Shown: positions 31,894 to 32,000 of the stretch, piece after piece
Layout: the number at the start of each line of letters is the position of its first letter
Position numbering within the stretch: the first letter of the stretch is position 1
DNA from: Kineococcus radiotolerans SRS30216 = ATCC BAA-149
GTDB lineage: Bacteria > Actinomycetota > Actinomycetes > Actinomycetales > Kineococcaceae
Assembly (NCBI RefSeq): GCF_000017305.1
Contig: NC_009664.2
Coordinates: 180,001 to 212,000 of the forward strand
Direction of reading: 5' to 3'
Length of the DNA: 32,000 nucleotides
Made by a program: the position numbers and the translations under genes
The notes under the pieces: generated by a model
What the model was told of the DNA's origin: nothing
What the model saw: only the letters and a program-made list of their open reading frames with translations
Database searches by the model: none

Positions 31894-32000
31894 TCAGCGG
31901 GCGACGAGGCGGTCGCGGCCCCCGCGCTTGGCCGTGTACAGGCGCCGGTCGGCGGCGGCGAGGAGCTCCGCGAGGGAGGCGCCCCCCTCGCGCGTCGAGG
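31894..32000 (-). CDS. 3' end of a GGDEF-domain (diguanylate cyclase) gene, truncated by the window edge
   Basis: The minus-strand translation ends ...AADRRLYTAKRGGRDRLVAR*, the characteristic C-terminal helix of GGDEF domains. Confidence 0.6.
   Translation of the reverse strand, partial: STREGGASLAELLAAADRRLYTAKRGGRDRLVAR

Noticed and set aside
1-32000. Mobile elements, prophage, CRISPR arrays, defence islands, biosynthetic gene clusters
   Set aside because: There are no transposase, integrase, recombinase, Cas, restriction, RT or core-biosynthetic motifs. Apart from the MerR-site duplication there are no long terminal inverted or direct repeats, no regularly spaced repeats and no marked compositional island.

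Overview
Very high-G+C (above 70% by eye), Actinomycetota-like chromosomal DNA. I support about 34 protein-coding genes, chosen by third-position G/C bias, recognisable family motifs and start-site context. I see no rRNA, tRNA, CRISPR array, transposase, integrase or phage genes. The many 100-1400 aa ORFs lying antisense to these genes are stop-codon-poor GC artefacts. Gene content looks like a housekeeping/accessory mix. It contains the tail of a MoxR-type DUF5682-like/VWA module and many regulator-plus-enzyme or regulator-plus-exporter pairs: MarR/NmrA, ArsR/MFS, TetR/SDR, MmyB-like/SDR, MerR/DrrAB-like ABC and a second MerR. It also contains small detox-type enzymes (PNPOx, VOC, DJ-1/PfpI, two GNATs, a RibD_C reductase, a split-barrel reductase). 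Signalling genes include two large SpoIIE/PP2C phosphatases, an orphan RsbW-like kinase, a GGDEF-EAL protein and a partial GGDEF gene. One RNA element is clear: a guanidine-III (ykkC-III) riboswitch directly upstream of a sugE/gdx SMR exporter. I cannot point to a definitive new system. The best unexplained locus is 23012-24748, which holds an acidic disordered mini-protein, a leader of about 610 nt with no convincing coding frame and repeated CCUCCC boxes, a small secreted Cys-containing protein, and a single-pass membrane mini-protein with a His4/Gly/Cys tail. Other points worth checking are a duplicated MerR-type long-spacer promoter/operator, an RsbW-like gene whose N-terminal strand lies upstream of any canonical start codon, a CACGAC repeat read in two frames across the ABC gene junction, and widespread leaderless start architecture. 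All family calls come from motif recognition by eye, not from database searches.
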